From: Eubacteriales bacterium
GTDB lineage: Bacteria > Bacillota > Clostridia > Christensenellales > CAG-138
Assembly: GCA_028694155.1 (NCBI GenBank)
Contig: JAQUTY010000003.1
Span: 4,178 to 68,177, forward strand
Direction: 5' to 3'
Length of the DNA stretch: 64,000 nt
The notes under the pieces were generated by a model. The model was given only the letters and a program-made list of their open reading frames with translations, was not told the DNA's origin and searched no databases. This document shows positions 7,396 to 17,052 of the stretch, in pieces (the stretch's first letter is position 1; every line of letters begins with the position of its first letter). Both the position numbers and the translations under genes were made by a program.

Positions 7396-8821
7396 TAATT
7401 CCAGAAATCTGTCAATGCTGACTGATCTTTATCAGTTGACAATGATGTATGGTTATTTCAAAAATGGAATGTCAAAAAACGAGGCCGTATTTGATGTGTT
7501 CTTTCGTCCCAAGGAGAATATTACCTATGCGGTGATGGCAGGACTTGACAGCGTTATTTCTTACATAAACAATCTTCACTTTGACGATGACGATATAGTT
7601 TACCTTCGCTCGCTTAATTTGTTTGACGAGGAATTTCTGGGGTATATTGCCGACCTAAAATTTGTAGGAGAAATATATGGCATACCCGAAGGAACGGTAG
7701 TGTTTCCGTATGAACCGCTTCTGCGTGTTCGTGCACCCATTATGCAGGCGCAACTGGTTGAGACCGCAATCCTTACATTTATCAACCATCAGACTTTGAT
7801 TGCCACCAAAGCAAGTAAAGTTTGTGCTGCCGCTATGGGCGATACGGTAATGGAGTTCGGACTTCGCAGGGCTCAAGGTGCAGACGCAGGAATTTATGGC
7901 GCAAGAGCTGCGATAATTGGTGGTTGCGACTCTACCAGCAATGTACTTACAGGAAAGATGTTTAATATTCCTGTCAGCGGAACTCATGCTCACAGTTGGG
8001 TTATGAGCTTTCCTGATGAATTATCTGCGTTCAGAGCCTATGCCAAAACCTTTCCCCATGCGTGTATGCTCCTTGTTGACACATACGATACGTTGCGTTC
8101 GGGCGTACCAAACGCAATAACCGTATTTAGGGAGCTACGTCAACAGGGCTTAGAACCAATAGGTATTCGCCTTGACAGCGGTGACCTTGCATATTTGAGC
8201 AAACGAGCCAGAAAGATGTTGGATGATGCTGGGTTCCCCAATGTCAAGATATGTGCTTCAAGCGATCTTGATGAGAATGTCATTCGCGATCTAAAAATTC
8301 AAGGAGCCTGCATCAACAGTTGGGGCGTTGGCACAAGGTTGATTACTGCCAATGACAGCCCTGCACTGGGTGGAGTCTATAAGATGTCCGCAGAGGTAGT
8401 TGACGGAAAGATAATACCCAAAATTAAGCTGTCAGATACACTGGCAAAGATCACTAACCCGGGTTACAAGAAAATCTTTCGCATTTATGACGAGCAGCAC
8501 ATGGCGGTTGCCGATTTGATTGCGCTAGATTACGAGACGATAGATTGCACAAAACCGCTGACTATTTTTGACCCTGAGCAGCCCTATAAACGCATGACAA
8601 TATCTAATTTTTCTGTGCGAGAGCTGCTTGTCCCCATCTTCAAAAATGGAGCTCAGGTCTATGAGTCGCCGAACGTTTTTGATATTCAGAAGTACGCAAA
8701 AGAGGATCTTGCCTCAATTTGGGATGAGTATAAGAGATTGATGAATCCACACATCTACAAGGTTGATCTTTCTTATGAGCTGTATGAGCTGAAACAGAGG
8801 TTGGTATCTGTTAATGACTAG
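7388..8821 (+). CDS. pncB: nicotinate phosphoribosyltransferase
   Basis: MNDNSRNLSMLTDLYQLTMMYGYFKNG is the typical PncB N-terminus. The ATG overlaps the lgt stop (ATGAATGA). The track ORF start at 7307 is read-through of the lgt repeats. Confidence 0.9.
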   Translation: MNDNSRNLSMLTDLYQLTMMYGYFKNGMSKNEAVFDVFFRPKENITYAVMAGLDSVISYINNLHFDDDDIVYLRSLNLFDEEFLGYIADLKFVGEIYGIPEGTVVFPYEPLLRVRAPIMQAQLVETAILTFINHQTLIATKASKVCAAAMGDTVMEFGLRRAQGADAGIYGARAAIIGGCDSTSNVLTGKMFNIPVSGTHAHSWVMSFPDELSAFRAYAKTFPHACMLLVDTYDTLRSGVPNAITVFRELRQQGLEPIGIRLDSGDLAYLSKRARKMLDDAGFPNVKICASSDLDENVIRDLKIQGACINSWGVGTRLITANDSPALGGVYKMSAEVVDGKIIPKIKLSDTLAKITNPGYKKIFRIYDEQHMAVADLIALDYETIDCTKPLTIFDPEQPYKRMTISNFSVRELLVPIFKNGAQVYESPNVFDIQKYAKEDLASIWDEYKRLMNPHIYKVDLSYELYELKQRLVSVND

Positions 8822-8834
8822 ATACAAGTCGACA

Positions 8835-9392
8835 ATGAAAATAGTACAACTTGTGGGGATTGCTGCTTTGAGTGTCCTTTTGTTTGGCTGCACAAGTCAA
8901 ACGTCCTATTTGCAGAATACGCAATCGGACGTAGTTGATACTGTTATTCCAACTCAAACGCCGACTGCGTCAGAACCGTCACAAACAGAAAAACCATATT
9001 CTCATACGGTTGAGCTGCCCGAAATTAAGGGCGAGGACTATATCCTAGATAAGCTGGGAGTTCCTATACTTGATTCCAATACCCACTTTGACCAATACTA
9101 TTTGGAATTATCATTGCTCAGAGTATACGAGTACGAAAACTCAACGTTTATGGACGCGATATGCACCAATACCTATTCATCGGATCTTGAAGGGGAAGCA
9201 AGGATATGTTTTTATGGCGAAGACGGCAAGTTATATGCCGAGGGGAAGATTCTTACCGCAGATGGCAGACTCGTCCTACCGGCCGGAGCTTCTACGCCTA
9301 TATATGCAGAAATTATGACCGAAATATCGGTTGTCGGAATGGAGTATTCCATTGAGATAACCACACCTTTCGGCCCAATAGGAGAGGATTAA
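8835..9392 (+). CDS. hypothetical lipoprotein
   Basis: MKIVQLVGIAALSVLLFGC lipobox. No recognisable family. Confidence 0.6.
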   Translation: MKIVQLVGIAALSVLLFGCTSQTSYLQNTQSDVVDTVIPTQTPTASEPSQTEKPYSHTVELPEIKGEDYILDKLGVPILDSNTHFDQYYLELSLLRVYEYENSTFMDAICTNTYSSDLEGEARICFYGEDGKLYAEGKILTADGRLVLPAGASTPIYAEIMTEISVVGMEYSIEITTPFGPIGED

Positions 9393-9395
9393 AGA

Positions 9396-10208
9396 ATGGA
9401 AAACGAATGTAATCACAACTGTGAAACCTGTACTCAAAAGTGCGAGATAAGCAAAGATGCACCCAATGCAATGAGCTCGATTAAAAAGGTCATTGCCGTT
9501 ATGAGTGGCAAAGGCGGAGTTGGCAAGTCAATGATTGCTTCCGCCCTTGCTGTACTTACCCAAAGAAAGGGATATAATTGTGCGGTTCTTGATGCAGACA
9601 TAACAGGCCCGTCAATTCCCAAGTCTTTTGGTATAAATGATAAGGCAATAGGAACTGAAGTGGGTATTTTGCCGAATTTGACCAAGACCGGGCTGCAGGT
9701 AGCGTCCATCAATCTTATGCTTGAGGACGACACCCAGCCTGTGGTTTGGCGTGGGCCTGTCATAGCAGGAGCCGTCAAACAGTTTTGGACGGACGTTATC
9801 TGGAATAACGTAGATGTAATGTATATCGACATGCCGCCAGGCACGGGTGACGTACCTCTCACGGTTCTTCAATCTATCCCCGTTGATGGAATTGTTGTGG
9901 TCACTTCACCACAGACTCTTGTGTCCATGGTAGTCGAAAAAGCTATCAAGATGGCAGGAATGTTGAATGTTCCCATTGTTGGGGTGGTTGAGAATATGAG
10001 CTACTATATGTGCCCAAATTGTGGCTCAAAGCACTCAATCTTTGGAAAGAGCTCCATTGATGAGCTAGCTAAACGTTATCAGATTCAGAATGTGTGCCGC
10101 TTGCCAATTGATCCGAAGTTTGCTGCAGCAGCAGACGAGGGATTGCTGGAACTGATAGATATGCCACAGTTGGATAACCTTGTGGAAGCCATAATTGATA
10201 AAAACTAA
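9396..10208 (+). CDS. Mrp/NBP35-family Fe-S cluster carrier ATPase
   Basis: Deviant Walker A SGKGGVGKS, CPNCG motif near the C-terminus, and an N-terminal Cys cluster CNHNCETCTQKC. Confidence 0.88.
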   Translation: MENECNHNCETCTQKCEISKDAPNAMSSIKKVIAVMSGKGGVGKSMIASALAVLTQRKGYNCAVLDADITGPSIPKSFGINDKAIGTEVGILPNLTKTGLQVASINLMLEDDTQPVVWRGPVIAGAVKQFWTDVIWNNVDVMYIDMPPGTGDVPLTVLQSIPVDGIVVVTSPQTLVSMVVEKAIKMAGMLNVPIVGVVENMSYYMCPNCGSKHSIFGKSSIDELAKRYQIQNVCRLPIDPKFAAAADEGLLELIDMPQLDNLVEAIIDKN

Positions 10209-10209
10209 T

Positions 10210-11493
10210 ATGCTGTCTGACAAGCTGATAAATCAATACATACAGATACTTAAAGAAGAGCTCGTGCCTGCAATGGGCTGTACCGAGCCGATTTCTATTG
10301 CATATGCAGCTGCAAAAGCTCGCCAAGTGTTGGGTCAATTACCTACATCGTGCGTAATTGAGGTAAGTGGGAACATTATTAAGAACGTCAAGAGTGTTCT
10401 GGTACCAAATACGGGCGGATTAAAAGGAATAGAAGCGGCTGCAGCAGCAGGCATCATTGTTGGAGATGCTTCCGCTTCTTTAGAGGTGCTCTCGCATGTT
10501 GAGCTCAGCAAATGCGACTTGATATGCCAATATCTTAAGTCTACGCCAATATCGGTAGTACCTTCTAAATCGCCTTCGATTTTCTATATTAGCGTGAAAG
10601 TTGCTCATCAAAGCGAAAACGCTGAAGTAACCATCGAGGATTATCATACAAATATTACTAGCATTGTAAGGAACGGAGCTCAGCTTTATTGCGCGCAGCA
10701 ACCAAGCTGCAGCAATGACGTGAATCTAACTGACAGGGACGTATTGAATGTAAAGGATATACTCGAATTTGCCAGCATTATTGACCTTAACAGACTTGAT
10801 GATATTATTTCGAGGCAGATAGAGTACAATACTGCCATCTCAAATGAAGGGCTTTGCGGAAACTGGGGTGCCTGCATAGGCAAAACTCTGATGAACATGG
10901 AAAGCTGCGCTGTTTCTATTCGTGCAAAAGCTGCAGCAGCAGCCGGCTCCGATGCCAGAATGGGTGGATGCAGTTTGCCAGTAGTGATTGTATCGGGAAG
11001 CGGCAATCAGGGTCTAACGGCTTCGCTGCCTGTAATTGAATATGCAAAGGAATGGCATTGTGACAAGGACACCCTATACCGTGCATTGATAGTATCAAAC
11101 CTTGTTACCATTCATCAAAAGACCGGAATTGGAAGGCTGTCTGCATATTGCGGAGCTGTCAGCGCAGGCTGTGGCGCAGGTGCTGGAATTGCATATCTGA
11201 GGCATGGAGCTGATTATGAAATGATAGCTCACACGATTGTGAATGCTGTTGCCATTCTTTCGGGCATGGTGTGCGATGGCGCAAAACCATCCTGCGCAGC
11301 AAAAATTGCCTCCTCAGTTGACGCTGGCATTCTTGGGTATTCCATGTACGCTTCAGGGCATCAGTTCTTGGGCGGTGAAGGAATTGTATCAAAGGGCGTT
11401 GAAAACACAATTAAGAATGTCGGAAAAATAGCTCAAGACGGCATGAAGTCTACCGATCAAGAAATTTTGAAAATTATGGTGGGCGACGCATGA
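10210..11493 (+). CDS. UPF0597/YhaM-type L-cysteine desulfidase-like protein (serine dehydratase alpha-like fold)
   Basis: MGCTEPISIAYAAAKA, SGNQGLT and the Cys-containing C-terminal half are typical of the family. ATG 10210 is 2 nt after the mrp stop. Confidence 0.8.
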   Translation: MLSDKLINQYIQILKEELVPAMGCTEPISIAYAAAKARQVLGQLPTSCVIEVSGNIIKNVKSVLVPNTGGLKGIEAAAAAGIIVGDASASLEVLSHVELSKCDLICQYLKSTPISVVPSKSPSIFYISVKVAHQSENAEVTIEDYHTNITSIVRNGAQLYCAQQPSCSNDVNLTDRDVLNVKDILEFASIIDLNRLDDIISRQIEYNTAISNEGLCGNWGACIGKTLMNMESCAVSIRAKAAAAAGSDARMGGCSLPVVIVSGSGNQGLTASLPVIEYAKEWHCDKDTLYRALIVSNLVTIHQKTGIGRLSAYCGAVSAGCGAGAGIAYLRHGADYEMIAHTIVNAVAILSGMVCDGAKPSCAAKIASSVDAGILGYSMYASGHQFLGGEGIVSKGVENTIKNVGKIAQDGMKSTDQEILKIMVGDA

Positions 11494-12644
11494 TTTTTGC
11501 AGATGTAGTAATTGTCCCATGCGAGGATTATTTGCAAGAGCATGTTGATGAAGCTCTTGCAAAAGTGTTGGAACCAATAGGGGGACTTTCTTTTGTTAAG
11601 CCCGGAATGAAGGTTGCCATTAAGGCGAATCTGGTTTCGTTTATGAAGCCGCAATCTGCCGCCACTACCCATCCGGCATTACTGTGCAGTCTAGTAAAGA
11701 TGTTGATAAATCTAGGCGCAGAGGTAACCGTTGGCGATAGCCCCGGAGGTTTGTATAACAAACTTTTTGTAGGGAAAGTGTATTCGGCAACGGGGGTTTA
11801 CGCCGTTGAGGAACTGGGAGGCAAGCTCAACTGGAATTTTGAACAGTCCGAGGAGCATAATGACAATGCGCTGATTGCGAAGGATTTCTTGTATACTGCT
11901 TACTTGAAGGACTTTGACGCGGTGATTGATTTTTGTAAGCTGAAAACCCACGGAATGATGGCTTATTCAGGTGCTGCAAAGAATTTGTTCGGAGTAATCC
12001 CCGGCACAGTTAAGCCTGAGTATCATTTTCGCTATCCAAATGTAATGGATTTTGCCAATATGATAGTGGATCTTGATGAGTTCGTAAAACCTGTACTGTC
12101 AATAATTGACGGAGTTGTCGGCATGGAGGGCAATGGCCCAACAATGGGCACTCCCAGACAAATTGGTATTATAGGAGCATCGTTAAGTCCGCACAAGCTC
12201 GATTTGGCTGCTGCATACATAATTGGACTTAGGCGCGAGAATGTGCCAACCCTGCAGGCGGCATACGAGCGAGGGCTTATCCCTGCCAGCGTAAAGGACA
12301 TGAGCATCAACGTAGATATTGATAATTTCGTTATTGAAGATTTCAAGCGGATTGAAAACTACAACAGCATTATATTCAAGAATGAACTTCCCGGAGTGCT
12401 GGGCAAGGCGTTCGGCGGCATAGTCAACAAGGCACTTTGCTCTGTTCCCGTTGTAAGCAATGCAACCTGTATTGGCTGTGCTAAATGCGAGCAGATATGC
12501 CCGGCAAAGGCAATTCATCTCCGTAATAATCGACCTAAAATCGACCGCTCACAGTGTATTCATTGCTTCTGCTGCCAAGAGTTTTGCCCAAAAGGTGCAT
12601 TGTCTGTTAAGCGACCAATTATTGCGAGAATATTAAATAAGTAA
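11490..12644 (+). CDS. DUF362 domain protein with C-terminal 2x[4Fe-4S] ferredoxin motifs
   Basis: ATGA overlap with the upstream gene. CIGCAKCEQICP and CIHCFCCQEFCP motifs. Confidence 0.8.
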   Translation: MIFADVVIVPCEDYLQEHVDEALAKVLEPIGGLSFVKPGMKVAIKANLVSFMKPQSAATTHPALLCSLVKMLINLGAEVTVGDSPGGLYNKLFVGKVYSATGVYAVEELGGKLNWNFEQSEEHNDNALIAKDFLYTAYLKDFDAVIDFCKLKTHGMMAYSGAAKNLFGVIPGTVKPEYHFRYPNVMDFANMIVDLDEFVKPVLSIIDGVVGMEGNGPTMGTPRQIGIIGASLSPHKLDLAAAYIIGLRRENVPTLQAAYERGLIPASVKDMSINVDIDNFVIEDFKRIENYNSIIFKNELPGVLGKAFGGIVNKALCSVPVVSNATCIGCAKCEQICPAKAIHLRNNRPKIDRSQCIHCFCCQEFCPKGALSVKRPIIARILNK

Positions 12645-12706
12645 TTATGGTTGAAAACGAGTGCTATTTGTGGTATTTTAGAAAAAAAGAGAGCGAGAAT
12701 GTTTGT

Positions 12707-13147
12707 ATGTGGCAGAGTTTTAAGAAATTTGCATTTCGAGGAAACGTCATGGATATGGCAGTGGGCGTTGTAATCGCTACTGCATTTGGAAAGATTGTAT
12801 CGTCCGTTGTCAATGATATTATTATGCCGTTAGTTGGTTTGATAGTTGGCGTTGATTTTGGATCGTGGTATGTTGTGCTCAATGGCGATACAAGTTTATC
12901 GTATGACGCTGCAATAGAAGCAGGATATTCAGTACTGCATTATGGCAATCTTATATCCGTTATCATTGACTTTTTGATAATTGCATTCTTTATTTTCTTG
13001 GTCGTTCGCACGATTAACAAGGCTTCTGAACGATTAAAAAAGCAGGAGGAGCCGGCACCCCTAAAAGAGCCGAGGCTCTGTCCCTATTGCTATTCCGAGA
13101 TAAATGAAAAGGCTACAAGATGCCCTCATTGCACAAGCGAACTATAA
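12707..13147 (+). CDS. mscL: large-conductance mechanosensitive channel with C-terminal zinc-ribbon tail
   Basis: MWQSFKKFAFRGNVMDMAVGVVIATAFGKIVSSVVNDIIMPLVG is the MscL signature. The tail is CPYCYSEINEKATRCPHCTSEL. The ORF start at 12647 was trimmed to ATG 12707. Confidence 0.9.
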   Translation: MWQSFKKFAFRGNVMDMAVGVVIATAFGKIVSSVVNDIIMPLVGLIVGVDFGSWYVVLNGDTSLSYDAAIEAGYSVLHYGNLISVIIDFLIIAFFIFLVVRTINKASERLKKQEEPAPLKEPRLCPYCYSEINEKATRCPHCTSEL

Positions 13148-13166
13148 ATGAAGGAAATGGTGAAAA

Positions 13167-14405
13167 ATGAGTAACAACGTATACGATGTTTTGGAAGAGC
13201 GTGGCTTTTTGAAGCAATGCTCACATCCCGAAGAACTAAAGGAACTTTTAGGCAAAGAGAAGATAACATTCTATATTGGATTTGACCCAACGGCTGACAG
13301 TCTGCACATTGGACATTATGTTGCGCTGATGACTATGGCACATATGCAGCGAGCAGGACATAGACCCATTGCGCTGCTGGGCGGCGGTACGGCGATGATA
13401 GCCGACCCATCCGGCAAGACAGAACTTAGGAAAATGCTCACAGTTGAAGAACTCGATCACAACGCTGCCTGCTTTAAGGCACAGATGTCGAGACTGCTGG
13501 ACTTCTCTGAAGGACAGGCTGTCATGGTCAACAATGCGGAGTGGCTGCGTCCGCTGGTGTTTATGGATTTCATGCGTGATATTGGTGTGCATTTTTCGGT
13601 CAACCGTATGCTTACAGCCGAGTGCTACAAGCAGAGACTAGAGTCGGGATCGGGACTGACCTTCTTTGAAATGAGCTACATGCTCATGCAAAGTTACGAT
13701 TTTTTAGTATTGAATCGAAAGTACGGATGTATGCTGCAGATGGGCGGAGACGACCAGTGGAGCAACATGCTTTGGGGCGCAGACCTAATTCGCCGTAAGG
13801 AACAGCGTCCTGCCTTTGCACTCACTACGACACTGCTCACCACAGCTGATGGCAAGAAGATGGGCAAAACTGAAAAGGGCGCATTGTGGCTTGACAAGAA
13901 CAAATGCAGCGTGTTTGATTTCTATCAGTATTGGAGAAATGTAGCTGATGGCGATGTGGAGCGTTGCCTTGCGCTGCTGACCTTCATTCCAATGGACGAG
14001 GTAAGAAGACTTGGTGCTCTGAAGGATTCTCAGATTAACGAAGCAAAGAAGGTTCTTGCATTTACCTTGACCGAACAGGTTCATGGCACGGAAGAGGCAA
14101 AAAGAGCGCAGGCGGCTGCAGAAGCTCTCTTTGGAAATCAAGGCGACTTGGAGCATATGCCCACAAGAACGCTTACTTTAGAGGAAGTGGCAGAAACAGG
14201 GCTTCGCATTCCTGATTTGCTTGTTCTGTGTAATCTTTCTAAGTCTAAGAGTGAAGCACGTAGACTTATTGACAGCGGAGCTGTATATGTAGATGAATCC
14301 AAAGTTGGCTCATTTGCTGACGCCCTCAGCATTGATGCGCTAAGTGGCGATGGCGTGATCCTAAAGAAGGGAAAGAAAGGCTTTTGCAAGGTAGTCCTAG
14401 CTTAA
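13167..14405 (+). CDS. tyrS: tyrosyl-tRNA synthetase
   Basis: HIGH-type motif LHIGHY, KMSKS-type motif KKMGKT, and a C-terminal S4-like domain. Confidence 0.95.
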   Translation: MSNNVYDVLEERGFLKQCSHPEELKELLGKEKITFYIGFDPTADSLHIGHYVALMTMAHMQRAGHRPIALLGGGTAMIADPSGKTELRKMLTVEELDHNAACFKAQMSRLLDFSEGQAVMVNNAEWLRPLVFMDFMRDIGVHFSVNRMLTAECYKQRLESGSGLTFFEMSYMLMQSYDFLVLNRKYGCMLQMGGDDQWSNMLWGADLIRRKEQRPAFALTTTLLTTADGKKMGKTEKGALWLDKNKCSVFDFYQYWRNVADGDVERCLALLTFIPMDEVRRLGALKDSQINEAKKVLAFTLTEQVHGTEEAKRAQAAAEALFGNQGDLEHMPTRTLTLEEVAETGLRIPDLLVLCNLSKSKSEARRLIDSGAVYVDESKVGSFADALSIDALSGDGVILKKGKKGFCKVVLA

Positions 14406-15034
14406 AAGACTACAAGACTGTATCCGATCAAAGCGAGATTGAGATTGTCATATCAAAGTCTCGTTTCATTGGTCGGTGCTATCCCTGTTCGAGCGAAGAC
14501 GATGCTATATCAATCATCGACAGCATAAGGAAGAAGCATTGGGACGCATCACATAATTGCTTTGCGTATTCGATTGGAAGCAGGGGAGAGCGAGCACGTT
14601 TTTCTGATGATGGGGAACCTTCGGGAACTGCTGGGGCTCCGATGATGGAAGCCATTCGCAATTTAGGGGTAACGAACGTCCTATGTGTCGTGACCCGATA
14701 CTTTGGAGGTATTTTGCTCGGCACTGGTGGTCTTGTAAGAGCTTATGGACGCTGTTGCGCCGATACAGTTAGAAATGCTAACATCGTGAACATGATTGAG
14801 CATGAAGAATATGCTTTCATTATGCCGTATCCAATGTGGGCTAAACTTAGTGACATGTTTGCATACTATGGCACAATACAAGAGACTGATTTTTCCGATG
14901 TAGTCAAAGTCAAGGTGTGGATTCCTGCTTTTACAAGTGAAATGTTTTTGCACGAAGTGTCTGAGCGAACCGATGCTAAAGTGTTAGGAGAAAGGATGGC
15001 AGTTAGTTACAGACCGTATAGGGAGAATAAATGA
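14384..15034 (+). CDS. yigZ: YigZ/IMPACT-family protein (UPF0029)
   Basis: [22 protein letters not shown] and [14 protein letters not shown] motifs. TTG start overlaps the tyrS end. Confidence 0.85.
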   Translation: MQGSPSLKDYKTVSDQSEIEIVISKSRFIGRCYPCSSEDDAISIIDSIRKKHWDASHNCFAYSIGSRGERARFSDDGEPSGTAGAPMMEAIRNLGVTNVLCVVTRYFGGILLGTGGLVRAYGRCCADTVRNANIVNMIEHEEYAFIMPYPMWAKLSDMFAYYGTIQETDFSDVVKVKVWIPAFTSEMFLHEVSERTDAKVLGERMAVSYRPYRENK

Positions 15035-17052
15035 AGAGATTTTCAGCTATTGTCTTATCAATTATATACTTGTCTGTATTACTGTGCTTTGGCATACCCT
15101 CATCCTATGCAATGAACACTAAAAACATCTCTCTGTCATTGACTGTCGATCCCAATGCAGAGTTGAGTACTGGCGGAGAACTGTCTTGGATTAGAGGCGA
15201 CATAACTAATGGCGGCGCCGAGGCATTCCTTCCGTCATCAGCTACCATATCGTGTAGTGCAATAGGATTTGACCGTTCGCTTGATATAGCCAATGCGATT
15301 CAGGTAGGCACGTCTGGCGAATTTTATTTGAGAAATGTAGACATTCCCGATTCTGGACTTGGAGTGCCGTTGACTTTTGTGCTTACTTGGACTGATGTTG
15401 CGTATGATATTGGCGGATTTCCTATCGAAACAATACAAACAGCGGAAGCGACCATTACTATTGAACGCTTTGTCGAACCTGTGATAACAATTTATCAAGA
15501 GTGCGCCGTTGAGCTAGCAAAGCCCAACGACAAGGTTACAATCGTATATACTCTCGAAAACTCCACGAAGTTCGACATGTATAACTTGGTTCTATATGAT
15601 TCAGAGATTTCGCCTACTACAATCCCACTCACTACCACTTCTTTGCTTGCGGGCACTACACAAACAATAACCTTCCAAGCCATAATGTCCGACAAGGATC
15701 TGGTGTCTCAGCCGATGGTTACATACTCCGTGAGAAACAAAGCCGCGCAAACAAAGGCTACAAATCCGCTGTTGATTTCTTGTGCCATCATTGAACTTAA
15801 TATGAGCATCCAGACCTTTGCTGCGACAGAGGACGGGGTAGAGTTTGCAATTACGGTAAAGAACACGGGCACTCAACCCATTGTCAATATTCAGTTGTAT
15901 GATGAGATAAACTCAATTATTGGAGAACCCTTCGATCTTGACGCTGGGCAGTCAAAGTCATTGAGCATCACAATCCCTGCTGCTGCATCGCAGACACAAA
16001 CAAGATATGTCTCTTTTCATGCAATAGGCACCGATTGCTTTGAAGAAGAATACGTTTATTATGAACAGACAAGTTATCCGATTATTCCCTATGTCGATTC
16101 ATCAAGCATAAACATTCATCTGAGCGTTGAATGTGATGTTGTTAATCAGACCTCTGCCACCATTAAGTTTGAGATTATCAATCGCTCCGAAGTCACTATA
16201 TTGAACGCGTCACTTGTCGAGCTTGAACACTTCGTTGACCAACCTATTGCAACATTTGCCCAGCTAAACTCCGGTTCAACCGCATTCTTGTATGACTTTA
16301 CGCTTGACCAAAGCATAACATCGTTATCATTTGTTCTAAAGGCCTTTGACCCATCGGGCGCACCATGCCAAACGGATATCATTGTGCTTGATCTATCGGT
16401 ACTTATGAATGAAGAAGGAACGGTTCCGCAGATGGGAACAGAGCATACCATCGGAGGTCAATATGACTCCTCAGCAATCACCAATGCTATACGCACGATA
16501 CTGATTGTTGTGATTGTCATTGTCGTTGTCGGACTGATTATAGTTGCCATTCTATATGTTCTTGAGAAAAAAATGCGTCCTCAAGTAGCAGCCAACGAAA
16601 ACACTCTATCTCATACAACCGCCCATCTGTTCGACGATGAGTTGTTAGAATCTGATGAAGCGGATAGCCATGAACCTATAACAAACAACGAGGAGGAGAT
16701 TCTGCCGTTTGACAGCATGGGCTATATTGCGCCTGCAAAGCTCAGATATTTCAGTTCTGATGCGTCAAATCGTTCACCGGTCAAGCCGTATTCTGCTCCG
16801 CCGATTGTATCTACTTCTGTTGACACACCTGTAATACAAACCCAATCACAAATGCGGGCTTCAGATATAATAGCTACGCAAGATACGTTAATTAAGCAAA
16901 TTAGCTTGCCTGTATCAAAATTCGACTCCAGCGTTGTTGCGCAGAGGAACGGGCATCAAAAAGGCTTGGGAGCAAGATCGTTGGATCTTATCCGCAAGCC
17001 AAGACGGTTGCCGTTGACAAAAAATGAAATGTTAAGGGTTAAAGCTAAATGA
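15031..17052 (+). CDS. surface protein with several Ig-like (CARDB/DUF11-like) repeats, one C-proximal TM helix and a cytoplasmic tail
   Basis: Signal peptide [20 protein letters not shown]. Repeated segments of about 100 aa of the form V.Y.L.N.G.........L.D. TM helix ILIVVIVIVVVGLIIVAILYVL. ATGA overlap with yigZ. Confidence 0.6.
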   Translation: MKRFSAIVLSIIYLSVLLCFGIPSSYAMNTKNISLSLTVDPNAELSTGGELSWIRGDITNGGAEAFLPSSATISCSAIGFDRSLDIANAIQVGTSGEFYLRNVDIPDSGLGVPLTFVLTWTDVAYDIGGFPIETIQTAEATITIERFVEPVITIYQECAVELAKPNDKVTIVYTLENSTKFDMYNLVLYDSEISPTTIPLTTTSLLAGTTQTITFQAIMSDKDLVSQPMVTYSVRNKAAQTKATNPLLISCAIIELNMSIQTFAATEDGVEFAITVKNTGTQPIVNIQLYDEINSIIGEPFDLDAGQSKSLSITIPAAASQTQTRYVSFHAIGTDCFEEEYVYYEQTSYPIIPYVDSSSINIHLSVECDVVNQTSATIKFEIINRSEVTILNASLVELEHFVDQPIATFAQLNSGSTAFLYDFTLDQSITSLSFVLKAFDPSGAPCQTDIIVLDLSVLMNEEGTVPQMGTEHTIGGQYDSSAITNAIRTILIVVIVIVVVGLIIVAILYVLEKKMRPQVAANENTLSHTTAHLFDDELLESDEADSHEPITNNEEEILPFDSMGYIAPAKLRYFSSDASNRSPVKPYSAPPIVSTSVDTPVIQTQSQMRASDIIATQDTLIKQISLPVSKFDSSVVAQRNGHQKGLGARSLDLIRKPRRLPLTKNEMLRVKAK

